Below, one piece after another: positions 54,108 through 64,000 of a stretch of DNA of 64,000 nucleotides; the stretch's first letter is position 1, and each line of letters opens with the position of its first letter. Under the pieces are notes generated by a model, which worked only from the letters and a program-made list of their open reading frames with translations, did no database searches and was not told where the DNA came from. Source of the DNA: Bacteroidales bacterium (GTDB lineage: Bacteria > Bacteroidota > Bacteroidia > Bacteroidales > UBA4417); NCBI GenBank assembly GCA_035403165.1, contig DAONEP010000007.1, positions 542 to 64,541 on the forward strand. Direction: 5' to 3'. A program made the position numbers and the translations under genes.

Positions 54108-54565
54108 GAGTTTTTTCTTACAGCCGTTTCAATAATTATGCCAACCACACAACAGCAGTGATCCGCTTAAAAGCCGGTTTCCCAGGTACCGGTCAGCATT
54201 ATCAGCTACATCGGGGTATGACATCATGATAACGCATGATGATGCAAAATTAGTGCAATCCGGTCGCATTATGTTCGGCCGGAAAAAGGTATCGGCGAGC
54301 GTTCAGAAAATATGTGCCTGATATATCAGATGCAGATAAATCGCATTTTGTGAATTCTTTGTGCCTGACTGCAACAGAAATGATTTTACAATTTCGCGGC
54401 TAATCCATTCATCCTAAATTTCCGAGTAGCGCCTGAAAATCGCAAGAAATTTCACAGAGCAGGCGGTAATTCTGCCATATACAGATACGATCCGGATACC
54501 AGATGAAAGAAATATGATCAATCAATGCTTACCGATGAAGCAGCGCACCGGAGAGAAAAATGGTA

Positions 54566-55804
54566 TCAGGCTACCTTAAGACGTGCAATATTGGCTTTAC
54601 TGAGTTTTTCATCGGCATAGTCACGGGTGATAACCAACTCCGAATGCTTTGTCCCGGAAGGTGATTCAAACATGGCATCGGTAAGGATAGCCTCCAGGAT
54701 CGAGCGCAAGCCGCGGGCGCCTGTCCGGAATTCGATGGCCTTATCAACAATATAATCAAACACTTCGGGTTTGAAGACCAGTTTGATATTATCCATTTCA
54801 AAAAGCTTGGTAAACTGTTTTATCAAGGCATTCTTTGGTTCCGTCAGAATCCGGACCAGTACTTCCTTGGTAAGCGGATGGAGATATGTTACAACCGGGA
54901 ACCTTCCGACTAGTTCAGGGATCAGCCCGAATGCTTTCAGATCAGGAGGCGCAACATATTGCAGTAAATTGCTTTTATCTATAAATTCACGTTCACGGTC
55001 GGTGTTGTAGCCAATGATATTTGTCTGCATGCGGTTGGCTATTTTCTTTTCAATACCGTCGAAGGCTCCACCCGAAATGAACAGTATATTTTGCGTATTC
55101 ACTGCGATCATCTTCTGTTCCGGGTGCTTGCGGCCTCCTTGCGGCGGCACATTTACTTCAGCGCCTTCTAATAATTTGAGCAGCGCTTGCTGAACGCCTT
55201 CGCCTGAAACATCGCGGGTTATGGATGGGTTATCGCTCTTTCTGGAAATTTTGTCTATCTCGTCGATGAAAACAATTCCTCTCTCAGCAGCACTTACGTT
55301 GTAATCGGCAGCCTGCAAAAGGCGGGTAAGGATGCTTTCTACATCTTCACCTACATAACCGGCTTCGGTAAGCACCGTGGCATCGGCAATACAGAACGGC
55401 ACTTGCAGCATCTTCGCAATGGACCGGGCCAGCAGGGTTTTTCCCGTGCCGGTTTCGCCAACCAGGATTATGTTGGATTTTTCAATTTCCACATCATCCT
55501 TGCTTTTTGATGAGGCGTGGTTAATACGCTTGTAATGGTTGTAAACAGCAACAGCCAGGATTCGTTTTGCCTCATCCTGCCCGATCACGTATTGATCGAG
55601 ATAGGCTTTTATCTCACCCGGCTTAGGCGTATCGAACCGCTGAAAGTTTTTATGCTTGTTGCCATGCGCCATCTCTTCGTTCATGATTTCGCGGGCCTGT
55701 TCGATGCAAAAATCACAAATATGAGCTTCAAGCCCTGCTATAAGCATATTTGTATCATGCTTGGGCCTGCCGCAAAATGAGCAACGTTCTTCTCGTTTGT
55801 TCAT
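54566..55804 (-). CDS. clpX: ATP-dependent Clp protease ATP-binding subunit
   Basis: N-terminal zinc finger CSFCGR .. CDFC, Walker A GETGTGKT, and IVFIDEIDK. Confidence 0.95.
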   Translation of the reverse strand: MNKREERCSFCGRPKHDTNMLIAGLEAHICDFCIEQAREIMNEEMAHGNKHKNFQRFDTPKPGEIKAYLDQYVIGQDEAKRILAVAVYNHYKRINHASSKSKDDVEIEKSNIILVGETGTGKTLLARSIAKMLQVPFCIADATVLTEAGYVGEDVESILTRLLQAADYNVSAAERGIVFIDEIDKISRKSDNPSITRDVSGEGVQQALLKLLEGAEVNVPPQGGRKHPEQKMIAVNTQNILFISGGAFDGIEKKIANRMQTNIIGYNTDREREFIDKSNLLQYVAPPDLKAFGLIPELVGRFPVVTYLHPLTKEVLVRILTEPKNALIKQFTKLFEMDNIKLVFKPEVFDYIVDKAIEFRTGARGLRSILEAILTDAMFESPSGTKHSELVITRDYADEKLSKANIARLKVA

Positions 55805-55943
55805 AGCTCTGATAATGAAAACTTTTAAGTATTAATTCCGGTAGAATGAAAAGGTGACCCTATTGCCTCTTCCGGATTACAAAATTACGAAAAGTCAGAA
55901 TGGAAAGTAACTGTTATTCAGCCTGTTTCCATTCCCGCAATTT

Positions 55944-56612
55944 TTATTGATGGTCACGCACCAGAATTTCATCGATCATGCCGTAGGCCTTTGCTTCTTC
56001 GCTGGTCATCCAGTAATCGCGGTCTGCATCTTTTTCAATTTTCTTGAAAACCTGGCCACTGTGACGGGCGATGATCTCGTAAAGTTCTTTTTTAAGTTTC
56101 AGGATTTCACGCGTGGTGATCTCGATATCCGAAGCAGGACCTTCGGCTCCGCCCATAGGCTGATGAATGAGTATGCGCGAATGAGGCAAGGCTGTCCGTT
56201 TGCCTTTTTGACCGGCACAAAGCAGCACAGCGCCCATCGAAGCAGCCATTCCTGTACAAATAGTGGCTACATCAGGCTGAATGTACTGCATCGTGTCATA
56301 AATACCCAACCCCGCATATACGGAACCGCCGGGCGTATTCAGGTATATCTGTATATCGCGTTTTGAATCAACCGATTCAAGGAACAGCAATTGCGCCTGG
56401 ATTATATTTGCCACGTAGTCATCAATCGGAACGCCGAGAAAAATAATGCGGTCCATCATAAGGCGTGAAAACACGTCCATGGTCGCTATGTTTAGTTGAC
56501 GCTCCTCAATGATAGTGGGCGAGATATAATTATTGGCAACCGAGGTATAACGGTGCAATGATAAACTGCTGATTCCCCGGTCCTTTATAGCATATTTACG
56601 AAATTCGTCCAT
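55944..56612 (-). CDS. clpP: ATP-dependent Clp protease proteolytic subunit
   Basis: Catalytic Ser context GMAASMGA and the His context RILIHQP. Confidence 0.93.
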   Translation of the reverse strand: MDEFRKYAIKDRGISSLSLHRYTSVANNYISPTIIEERQLNIATMDVFSRLMMDRIIFLGVPIDDYVANIIQAQLLFLESVDSKRDIQIYLNTPGGSVYAGLGIYDTMQYIQPDVATICTGMAASMGAVLLCAGQKGKRTALPHSRILIHQPMGGAEGPASDIEITTREILKLKKELYEIIARHSGQVFKKIEKDADRDYWMTSEEAKAYGMIDEILVRDHQ

Positions 56613-56772
56613 GGTATAGTGGTTATGATTTTTGGTTATAGGTTTTCTGTTTTCGGTTGCCAGTTAACAGTTTACGGTTAACAGCTCCAGGTTCGCGATT
56701 TTAAATTTCACTGATCAGAGTAGTATCCAATAAACCTGTTGACATCATTCACCGGCAAGGGTATTCATTCTC

Positions 56773-58134
56773 TTAATGCCTGGCTGCATCTAAAGTAAGA
56801 AAATCCTCGTAACTCACCTCTTTTTCAACGAGCGTCACTTTCCCTTTGACAAGGGCTGCGATTTTTTTATCGTAGAGTGAATCCAGCAGGTGACGGGATT
56901 CGTTTTCATTGTTTTCAACGAAATTCCTGGCCATAGCTTCAAGTCTTTCCATCAGGCCCGGATTGAGTTCCATTCCCCGCCATCCCGGCAGATAGTAATC
57001 TTTAACTGCATCCTTCAACTCCTGGTCGCTGACATCAATGCCGTATTCCTTGATTATCTTATTCTCGATCAACTGCCATTTCATGGCGACAGTATATTTT
57101 TCGTAATCTTTTTCGAGTTCTTCGGCACTGAGTTTGCCTTCATTGCTTTCGATCAGCCAGCGTTTCATAAACACGTCAGGAAGCTGCATCGGGGTAATTT
57201 CCAATAATTTATCCTGCACGGTATGCATGAATAAATGGTCGCTGTTGTCGAGAAAAGCTTTCTCCGAATCGTTACGAACCTCTTCACGGAACATTTTTTC
57301 ATCCGTCACGCCTTTCCCGGGGAAAATCTTTTCATAAAACTCCTCGTTGAGAGCAGCCGGTTCAACACGGGTAACTTCGGTAATTGTAAAACGAAAATCA
57401 GATTCAAGGTTCACTGCTTTCTTTGAATCGATGCCGAGCATGGCCGCTACTTCGGTAAGGTTGTTAATGGCTTTTACAGGATTGAAATCGATGCTTTCGC
57501 CGGGTTTCCTGCCAAGGAACAATTTACGGGTTTCCTCATCGCCTATAGCTGAAAGCAGCATTCGTGATTCATTGGTGATACCGCCTTCGGCAAGAGAACC
57601 ATTTGCATCCAGTTCTTCAAATTTACCGAACATCGAATCTTTTTCCTCAACCGACTCAGCCTTTATGAATGATCCGTTTCGCTGACGCAGGTCGTCGATG
57701 TATCCGTCTACCATTTTATCATCCGCTTTGATCACATGGTAATCGATGGTTAGGCTGTCATCAATTTTCAGGTCAAACTCGGGTGAAAGCCCCAGGTCAA
57801 AATAAAACTCAATATCCTTATCTTCCTTCCAGTCGAAAGGCTCGGTACGATCGGTATTGGGAAGCGGCTGGCCGAGGATGGCAATCTTCTCATCCTTGAT
57901 ATACTGGGTAAGCTTTTCGGTAAGAATTTTATTAATTTCATCGGCAAATACTGCGCTTCCGTACAATTTTTTTATCATCCCAAAGGGAACATGCCCCGGC
58001 CTGAAACCCGGAATGTTGGCTTTACGCTGATAATCCTTCAGTACCTGATTTACGTCTTCATTATAGTCCGAAGGGCCTAAAACTATCTTAACTGTTGCGG
58101 TGAGTTCACCGGTATTTTCGCGGGTGATTTCCAT
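56773..58134 (-). CDS. tig: Trigger factor
   Basis: Ribosome-binding motif GFRPGHVP, 453 aa, and the conserved tig-clpP-clpX order. Confidence 0.9.
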   Translation of the reverse strand: MEITRENTGELTATVKIVLGPSDYNEDVNQVLKDYQRKANIPGFRPGHVPFGMIKKLYGSAVFADEINKILTEKLTQYIKDEKIAILGQPLPNTDRTEPFDWKEDKDIEFYFDLGLSPEFDLKIDDSLTIDYHVIKADDKMVDGYIDDLRQRNGSFIKAESVEEKDSMFGKFEELDANGSLAEGGITNESRMLLSAIGDEETRKLFLGRKPGESIDFNPVKAINNLTEVAAMLGIDSKKAVNLESDFRFTITEVTRVEPAALNEEFYEKIFPGKGVTDEKMFREEVRNDSEKAFLDNSDHLFMHTVQDKLLEITPMQLPDVFMKRWLIESNEGKLSAEELEKDYEKYTVAMKWQLIENKIIKEYGIDVSDQELKDAVKDYYLPGWRGMELNPGLMERLEAMARNFVENNENESRHLLDSLYDKKIAALVKGKVTLVEKEVSYEDFLTLDAARH

Positions 58135-58362
58135 GAAGTAATTTTTATGCTGTTTATTTAAATATACACCTGTTATTCAAAGAGATACATCAAATAGCAC
58201 CTCATAATTTTTTCGAGGTGCAAAGGTAGCTTTATTTTATGAAAAGGCAAATAGCCATAAATGCGATTGTTAGCCTTCCATTTTGACAGATTAATCCGGC
58301 TCCTTATCTGAACATATTTCAGGGTAAAATGTTTTCTAAGAAAATCAGTAACAAACTTTTTA

Positions 58363-59007
58363 ATGAAAAGCATTTTCCTTGTTTCATTAATCCCTTTGCT
58401 TGGAATGTGTGCACCTAATAAGCCTTTTCATGACACTTCACAGGAGATGAATCAGCGTCCGGTGAAACAACAGAAAACCGATACAGCAACTTTTGGCGCC
58501 GGTTGTTTCTGGTGTACCGAAGCCGTCTTCAGCCAGCTTGACGGTGTAATATCCGTTACATCCGGTTACAGCGGGGGAACCATGAAGAATCCGTCCTATG
58601 ATGAAGTTTGCACAGGATTGACAGGCCATGCCGAAGTTGCCCGGATAATTTTTGATACTACCCGCATTAGTTATGATGAATTATTACAGGTATTCTGGGC
58701 CATGCACGATCCTACTTCAGTAAACCGGCAAGGCGCAGACCAGGGCCCGCAGTACCGTTCGGTGGTCTTTTTTCATAATGAAGGCCAGCGCCTGAAAGCC
58801 ATTGAGCAAATAGCAGCAATTGACGATGCCGGTATCTATGACAGGCCCATTGTTACTGAAATCAGTCCGGCCGGTGCATTTTACCCGGCCGAAGAATATC
58901 ACCGGGATTATTACAATCTGAATCCAGGCGCCCCTTATTGTCAAATTGTCATTCAGCCCAAAACAGAAAAGATCAGGAAACTGTTCGCTGAAAAGCTAAA
59001 AAAATGA
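58363..59007 (+). CDS. msrA: Peptide-methionine (S)-S-oxide reductase with N-terminal hydrophobic leader
   Basis: The GAGCFWCTEAVF active-site motif, preceded by about 45 aa including MKSIFLVSLIPLLGMC. Confidence 0.9.
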   Translation: MKSIFLVSLIPLLGMCAPNKPFHDTSQEMNQRPVKQQKTDTATFGAGCFWCTEAVFSQLDGVISVTSGYSGGTMKNPSYDEVCTGLTGHAEVARIIFDTTRISYDELLQVFWAMHDPTSVNRQGADQGPQYRSVVFFHNEGQRLKAIEQIAAIDDAGIYDRPIVTEISPAGAFYPAEEYHRDYYNLNPGAPYCQIVIQPKTEKIRKLFAEKLKK

Positions 59008-59188
59008 GTTAAAGCATCTGAAAGTTGAATTGAATATCCTAAAAATTCAATCTGCCGGCCTGACCAGAAAAGCCGGATGGCTTAAATAGAACCGGATCAG
59101 CCTGTTCAAAAAACCTTTCCCCTGTTGACTGTAAGCGGCATCAGACAAAAAAGCGGAGGTAAGAAATTATTTTCCTTCCTCCGCAAAT

Positions 59189-59208
59189 AAAAAAACCGTC
59201 ATTGACGG
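59189..59208 (-). terminator. Terminator downstream of tRNA-Leu
   Basis: On the minus strand: ccgtca-a-tgacgg followed by T7. Confidence 0.65.
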
Positions 59209-59218
59209 AAAAAATTTG

Positions 59219-59300
59219 TGCGGATGAAGGGACTCGAACCCATACGCCTTTCGGCACCAGATCCTAAGTCTGGCGCGGCTACCAATTACGCCACATCCGC
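59219..59300 (-). tRNA. tRNA-Leu (TAG anticodon)
   Basis: The minus strand reads GCGGATGTGGCGTAATTGGTAGCCGCGCCAGACTTAGGATCTGGTGCCGAAAGGCGTATGGGTTCGAGTCCCTTCATCCGCA. It has a long variable arm, a GGTTCGAGTCC T-arm, and acceptor GCGGATG/CATCCGC. Confidence 0.9.
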
Positions 59301-59354
59301 AAAAGGGCAATAGCGCTGCAAAGATACAGCACTTTTTCAACCCGGCAAGTTTTT

Positions 59355-59852
59355 CTATCTGACGGCGACAGCCGATTCATAGTCAGGTTCCTGCGCAATT
59401 TCCGGGACAAGTTCATGATAAACAACCTTCCCGCCCTCATCAATTACAACCACGGCCCGGGCCATCAACCCGCGAAGCGGGCCATCGGTCATCATTACGC
59501 CATATGATTTACCGAAGTTGTTGCTTCGGAATTCCGATGCGGTGACTACATTTTTAATTCCTTCGGTTGTGCAGAATCGGCTGTGGGCAAAAGGGAGGTC
59601 CTTTGAAATACAAACCACCACCGTATTGGGCAACCGGGCAGCTTCAACATTGAAACGCCTGACGGAAGCAGCACAGACAGCCGTGTCGAGACTGGGGAAA
59701 ATATTCAGGATCACCCGTTTCCCTGATAAATCTTCCAGTTTAAGATCGGAGAGATCACTTTTGACCAGTTCAAACGATGGGGCTTTGCTTCCCACTACCG
59801 GCAAATCGCCGAAGGTATTGACCGGATTTCCTTTAAATTTTGTTACAGACAT
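59355..59852 (-). CDS. tpx: Thiol peroxidase
   Basis: PSLDTAVCA peroxidatic Cys context and 165-aa length. Confidence 0.88.
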   Translation of the reverse strand: MSVTKFKGNPVNTFGDLPVVGSKAPSFELVKSDLSDLKLEDLSGKRVILNIFPSLDTAVCAASVRRFNVEAARLPNTVVVCISKDLPFAHSRFCTTEGIKNVVTASEFRSNNFGKSYGVMMTDGPLRGLMARAVVVIDEGGKVVYHELVPEIAQEPDYESAVAVR

Positions 59853-60060
59853 ATCACAAGGTTATGGTGAAAGGAATAATGTTTGTTTTTGGAGGCTGAA
59901 AAATTATGACGATGAGGCTAAACTGCTTCTGATAAGAATCATGGCAGGATCATCGCCGGATGATCTAAGTAAACCAATCAACGATGGTTTTGTTCGTTTC
60001 TGTTGCAAGATACAACAAAAAACGGGATAATCTTCTGCAAATTACTGCCGTAACGCCAGC

Positions 60061-63006
60061 TTAATCAGGGCTAAGGATGGCATTATACACGGCCTGCTGA
60101 ATCCGCGTACGAATATTAAGCCGGGTAAGTTTCTGATTCTCTGCATCAGGGTTAACTCTGTTCGACAGGAAGACGATAATAATGTCCGATTCCGGATCGG
60201 CCCACACATAGGTGCCCGTGAACCCGGTGTGCCCGAAACTCTTTTCAGAAGCTGCCGGGCATGCCGGCCCTTCCGCCATCCGGTCGAGTTGAGGCTTATC
60301 AAATCCAAGTCCCCGGCGGTTCCCGGGAAATTGCTGCGAGGTGAAAAGCTCGACCGTAGCGCTGTCGATGTATCTTCGCCCGGCATATTCCCCATGTTGC
60401 AGCAACATCCTGAACAATACTGCCAGATCGTTGGCATTGCCAAACAAACCCGCATGCCCGGCAACGCCCCCCAGCATTGCGGCAGCCTGATCATGTACAT
60501 ACCCATGAATCAGTTGATGACGAAAAACCATATCCTCTTCGGTCGGAGCAATCCGGTCAAGGCTATATTTTTCCAACGGCTTGTAAGTCATATCCAGGCA
60601 TAAAGGCTGATAAAAATTCTGCGTCGTATAATCGTCGAGCGATTGCCTTGTAATTTTTTCAATTGTTTTGCCGATCAGGATAAAACCAAGATCGCTGTAT
60701 TTATATTCTTTTTTGGGCAACAATTCCGACCGGATGATAGTATCAATGATCACCTGGGGATAATCACTGCTTAAAAAAAGGCTATCGGCAACTCTTACGG
60801 CAAAGCTGTCTGACTCCGTCCTGCTATAATAAACAGGATCCGGCATTCCGTCTTTCAGGGTATATTTATAGAACGGTATCCACTCTTTAAGCCTCGCCTG
60901 GTGAGCCAATATATCTTTGATCTGGAGTCCGTGCTTATTGGTTCGGGAAAGGGCCGGAAAATATTTTGACAGCGGCTTGTTGATATCAAACTGTCTCCTG
61001 TCGTAAAGCTGCATAACCGAAATGGTGGTGGCGGCAACTTTGGTAATACTGGCCAGGTCGTACAAGTCGGAATTGACGACTTTCCTTATCCCAGAATAAT
61101 CCTGAAACCCGAATGATTTCTGATAGATCACACTATTTCCTTTACTCACCAGAACCTGGCATCCCGGGTAAGCTTTGTTGCGGATGCCATCCATAACAAT
61201 GCTGTCGATCGCTGCCAGTTTCGAGGACGATACGCCTGCGCTTTCGGGCAATGAATATTTCAACCTGAGGCCTGATTCGCTTTTCAGCCCTGTATTAACA
61301 GCATAATCAGCCGAAGCGGTAACTGGTATTTTTCCCTTTGCCCCTATAGCGCCAAAAATCACCTGGGCCGAGACATCGTGTATAACCGGATTGTCCTGAT
61401 ACGATATTAAGACGGCTTTCGCATCGCTTATCTTTTTAAACCTGCCGACACTGTATGGAAGGCTAAAGAGGTCAAGTATTACCGGTTTAATGCTCATCAG
61501 GGTATCGGCAAGTGCAGCAGTAATGTCGCTGATGCCAAAGCCCCGGGCGGGCGAAGGATGCGTGTTCATTACAGCAATAATCAGGAGTTGGTAAGGTTCC
61601 AGTTGTCTTAATAATTCCGAAACCTCTTCTTGTGTCGCTTCACGCGGACAGTAAAAATGATCGGCATGGGCATACATGTCGAGCCTGTCTTCGAAATCTC
61701 CGGGAACTGCATTTCCGATAGTCAGGCATGCGATCCTGAATATGTTGGGTTTCAGCACCGGGATTATTTCCCGTTCATTTTTAAGGAGCGTTACACTGTT
61801 TTCATACAACCGCCGATTTAGCAGGTTCGCTTCGGCCGTGTTTAAATCGTTAAACAGATTATCTGTCCGGACGAATGTTGCTGACCGGTCTCGAATGCCA
61901 AAATCGTACTTAGCCCTGAGAATCCGCTTGCATCTCATTTCGATCAGTCCGGAAGAAAGCCATCCGCTGTCGATAGCCGTTCTGATTGCCGTGACCGCCA
62001 TAGGAACTGACTGAGAAAGCAGCAGGACATCGTTTCCTGCAAGCAGGGCTTTCACCTCGGCATCTCCCGGGCCTGCATAATCGACCACGCCTTTCATATC
62101 CAATGCATCGGTAAAGATCAGCCCCTGAAAATTCATCTCCTTTCTCAGTACCGAATCAATGACCACCGAAGAGAGTGATGCCGGCAATCCCGATGTAGAA
62201 TCGATGGCCGGAACATACAAGTGGCCGACCATGATGCCATCAATATCCTGCTGAAGGGTCCGGAATGGTTTCATATCAACGGCTTTAAGCGTTTCAGCCG
62301 AATGCTGGATAACCGGGAGGGCTAGATGGGAATCGGTATCGGTATCGCCGTGGCCGGGAAAATGCTTCGCCACCGTTAAAACCGATTTGCCAAGTCCCCT
62401 GTTAAAACTTCCAGCCCTCAGGATTACGCTTTCCGCATCTTCACCATAAGAACGGATATTGATAATCGGATTAGCCGGGTTGCTGTTTATGTCAACTACA
62501 GGGGCAAAATCAATGTGTACTCCAAGTCTTTTAAGCTGCAGCCCCGTCTGATATCCGCACGCTGCAATCAGGGCCGTATCGGTGATGGCGCCAAGGGTCA
62601 TAGCGCGGGCATACGAAATGGTGCTGTCGAGGCGCATTCCCAGGCCCCACTCAGCATCCATCGAAATGAACATGGGTGTTTTGGCAAGCGATTGATAATA
62701 ATTGGTAAGCATAGCCTGCCTGACCGGTCCGCCCTGAAAAAAACAGAGTCCGCCAAGGTTATATTGTTTTATCAGGTTAGCTACCATGCGGTATTCAGCC
62801 GTATCGCCTGTTGATTTGGCACGGATCATCATCAATTGCCCGATGCGCTCTTCGTCGGATAAGGCATTATACACCGAGTCAACCCATAGCTGAGCTTTTC
62901 CAGGTTCGTTCCCCGAATATTTCTGAGCAACAAGGTTAAGGCATAACAACATCGACACCATCAGCAACAAACCATTTCTACTCTTATGTAATTTACTAAC
63001 TATCAT
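60061..63006 (-). CDS. Fusion protein: GH3 (NagZ-like beta-N-acetylhexosaminidase) N-terminal domain + serine beta-lactamase-like domain
   Basis: GH3 motif KHFPGHGDTDTDSH. SxxK motif LASITKV in the C-terminal half. Signal peptide. The start is trimmed to ATG 63006. Confidence 0.8.
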   Translation of the reverse strand: MIVSKLHKSRNGLLLMVSMLLCLNLVAQKYSGNEPGKAQLWVDSVYNALSDEERIGQLMMIRAKSTGDTAEYRMVANLIKQYNLGGLCFFQGGPVRQAMLTNYYQSLAKTPMFISMDAEWGLGMRLDSTISYARAMTLGAITDTALIAACGYQTGLQLKRLGVHIDFAPVVDINSNPANPIINIRSYGEDAESVILRAGSFNRGLGKSVLTVAKHFPGHGDTDTDSHLALPVIQHSAETLKAVDMKPFRTLQQDIDGIMVGHLYVPAIDSTSGLPASLSSVVIDSVLRKEMNFQGLIFTDALDMKGVVDYAGPGDAEVKALLAGNDVLLLSQSVPMAVTAIRTAIDSGWLSSGLIEMRCKRILRAKYDFGIRDRSATFVRTDNLFNDLNTAEANLLNRRLYENSVTLLKNEREIIPVLKPNIFRIACLTIGNAVPGDFEDRLDMYAHADHFYCPREATQEEVSELLRQLEPYQLLIIAVMNTHPSPARGFGISDITAALADTLMSIKPVILDLFSLPYSVGRFKKISDAKAVLISYQDNPVIHDVSAQVIFGAIGAKGKIPVTASADYAVNTGLKSESGLRLKYSLPESAGVSSSKLAAIDSIVMDGIRNKAYPGCQVLVSKGNSVIYQKSFGFQDYSGIRKVVNSDLYDLASITKVAATTISVMQLYDRRQFDINKPLSKYFPALSRTNKHGLQIKDILAHQARLKEWIPFYKYTLKDGMPDPVYYSRTESDSFAVRVADSLFLSSDYPQVIIDTIIRSELLPKKEYKYSDLGFILIGKTIEKITRQSLDDYTTQNFYQPLCLDMTYKPLEKYSLDRIAPTEEDMVFRHQLIHGYVHDQAAAMLGGVAGHAGLFGNANDLAVLFRMLLQHGEYAGRRYIDSATVELFTSQQFPGNRRGLGFDKPQLDRMAEGPACPAASEKSFGHTGFTGTYVWADPESDIIIVFLSNRVNPDAENQKLTRLNIRTRIQQAVYNAILSPD

Positions 63007-63239
63007 TGTTTTGAAAAATTTAGCAGACAAGATGAATGTTTTTCAAAGATGCAGTTTTCCTGCGAAAAAATGAATATAAAATATTTACATCTGAAATCCG
63101 GGCATAATCTGCCGGTATTGACCCCGTTATCAGACGGCCCGTCATTCATGATCTTCACTCAATTTCGGAAAGCAGACAAAATCAACGGAAATTTTTAGAA
63201 TATTTGCAATTCTTTAACGTTATTATAAAAACAATCACA

Positions 63240-64000
63240 ATGAGGCGTAACACTGCGAAAATCTCCCGGAACCTATTCATTCTAATTTGCCTCATTGCAT
63301 TATCAGGAACTGCGCTCGCCCAAAAGCAACCTGCTCCCAAGCCGAAAGTTCCTCCCACAACCCGCATCCTGTTCATTTTCGATGCATCGCAAAGCATGCT
63401 CGGACGATGGCAAAGCGATACCAAATTCAACATCGCCAAGCGGATCATGAGCGAATTGCTGGATAGCCTTGGTTCAGTTCAGAACATTCAGCTTGGTTTA
63501 CGCGTATACGGGCATCAGAGCCATTTCCCGCCGCAAAACTGCAAGGATACAAAACTTGAAGTGCCTTTCGGACCCGACAACGCCGCAAAAATTAAAGCAA
63601 AGCTCCGGGCTGTCTCACCCCGCGGGACTACTCCCCTGGCCTATTCGCTGGAACAGTCAACCACCGATTTTCCCCCTTGTACCAACTGCCGCAATATCGT
63701 TGTGCTGATTACCGACGGCATTGAAGAATGCAGCGGCGACCCTTGCGCCGTTTCGCACATGCTGCAGAAAAACGGGATCATCCTGAAGCCCTTCATCATC
63801 GGGATCGGGCAGGATTTCAACAAAGCCTTCAATTGCGTGGGAAGTTATTTCGATGCAACTACCGAAAAAGACTTCAAAAAGGCTCTGGACGTTGTTATCT
63901 CACAGGCGCTTAACTCAACTACAGCGCAGGTTAACCTGCTGGATGCTTCAGGAAGGCCCACCGAAACGGATGTCCCTATGACCTTTTACGACGCGGCTTC
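63240..64000 (+). CDS. vWA domain protein (3' end outside window)
   Basis: MRRNTAKISRNLFILICLIALSGTALAQ signal, then a MIDAS-like motif ILFIFDASQSM and ..VVLITDGIEE. The frame stays open to the window edge and is not in the ORF track. Confidence 0.7.
   Translation, partial: MRRNTAKISRNLFILICLIALSGTALAQKQPAPKPKVPPTTRILFIFDASQSMLGRWQSDTKFNIAKRIMSELLDSLGSVQNIQLGLRVYGHQSHFPPQNCKDTKLEVPFGPDNAAKIKAKLRAVSPRGTTPLAYSLEQSTTDFPPCTNCRNIVVLITDGIEECSGDPCAVSHMLQKNGIILKPFIIGIGQDFNKAFNCVGSYFDATTEKDFKKALDVVISQALNSTTAQVNLLDASGRPTETDVPMTFYDAA

Noticed and set aside
54108-54565. 458-bp gap between the DUF4294 gene and clpX, examined for RNA genes or repeats.
   Set aside because: No convincing hairpins, repeats, tRNA-like structure or conserved motif could be seen by eye. 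A covariance-model scan would be needed.
59518-60030. 170-aa plus-strand ORF.
   Set aside because: It is mostly antisense to tpx, and the remainder lies in intergenic DNA. No motif is present.
60042-60506. 154-aa minus-strand ORF.
   Set aside because: It lies on the same strand as the 3' end of the GH3/beta-lactamase gene but in a different frame, and its composition is Arg/Cys-rich and biased.

Overview
This looks like a chromosomal segment from a Bacteroidota-like anaerobe. Supporting signs are signal peptides ending in AQ/SQ, DUF4294 and DUF2851 genes, TAnnTTTG promoter boxes, and a tig-clpP-clpX block. About 60 genes are mostly housekeeping: argS, pyrBI, truA, gcvT, clpXP, tig, msrA/msrB, tpx, several transporters and peptidases. 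Four parts stand out.

(1) Positions 1-4300 form a visibly AT-rich accessory island. It carries a polymorphic-toxin-like cassette, four paralogous exported immunity-like genes, and three copies of a ~190-bp module. Each module copy contains the 3' part of a small signal-peptide ORF (its N-terminal region lies upstream and differs between copies) and the conserved start of the toxin ORF. Two copies are truncated stubs.

(2) Positions 16.1-28.4 kb hold two tandem NuoE/NuoF/HydA-type [FeFe]-hydrogenase gene sets.
- Set 1 has a domain-minimal HydB and a HydA with an atypical TSCSPGW H-cluster motif.
- Set 2 is preceded, apparently in the same operon, by six genes (DRTGG, HATPase, HydA-like Fe-S protein, DRTGG, PHP, HATPase). 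The function of this module is unknown.
- Both operons are fronted by TTGT(G/T)AA-N4-TT(C/A)ACAA palindromes of the Rex/CRP type.
- A sensor-less hybrid histidine kinase follows set 2.

(3) A ~670-bp IS200/RAYT-like unit (Y1 transposase) is bracketed by two hairpins with 10-bp stems. It sits next to a GIY-YIG gene, a tRNA(CAT), and a duplicated 5' half of that tRNA.

(4) Two GC-rich mosaic repeat regions (11.1-11.6 kb and 13.65-13.96 kb) share units, one in inverted orientation. They bracket a three-gene block.

All functional calls rest on motif recognition by eye. No database search was run.
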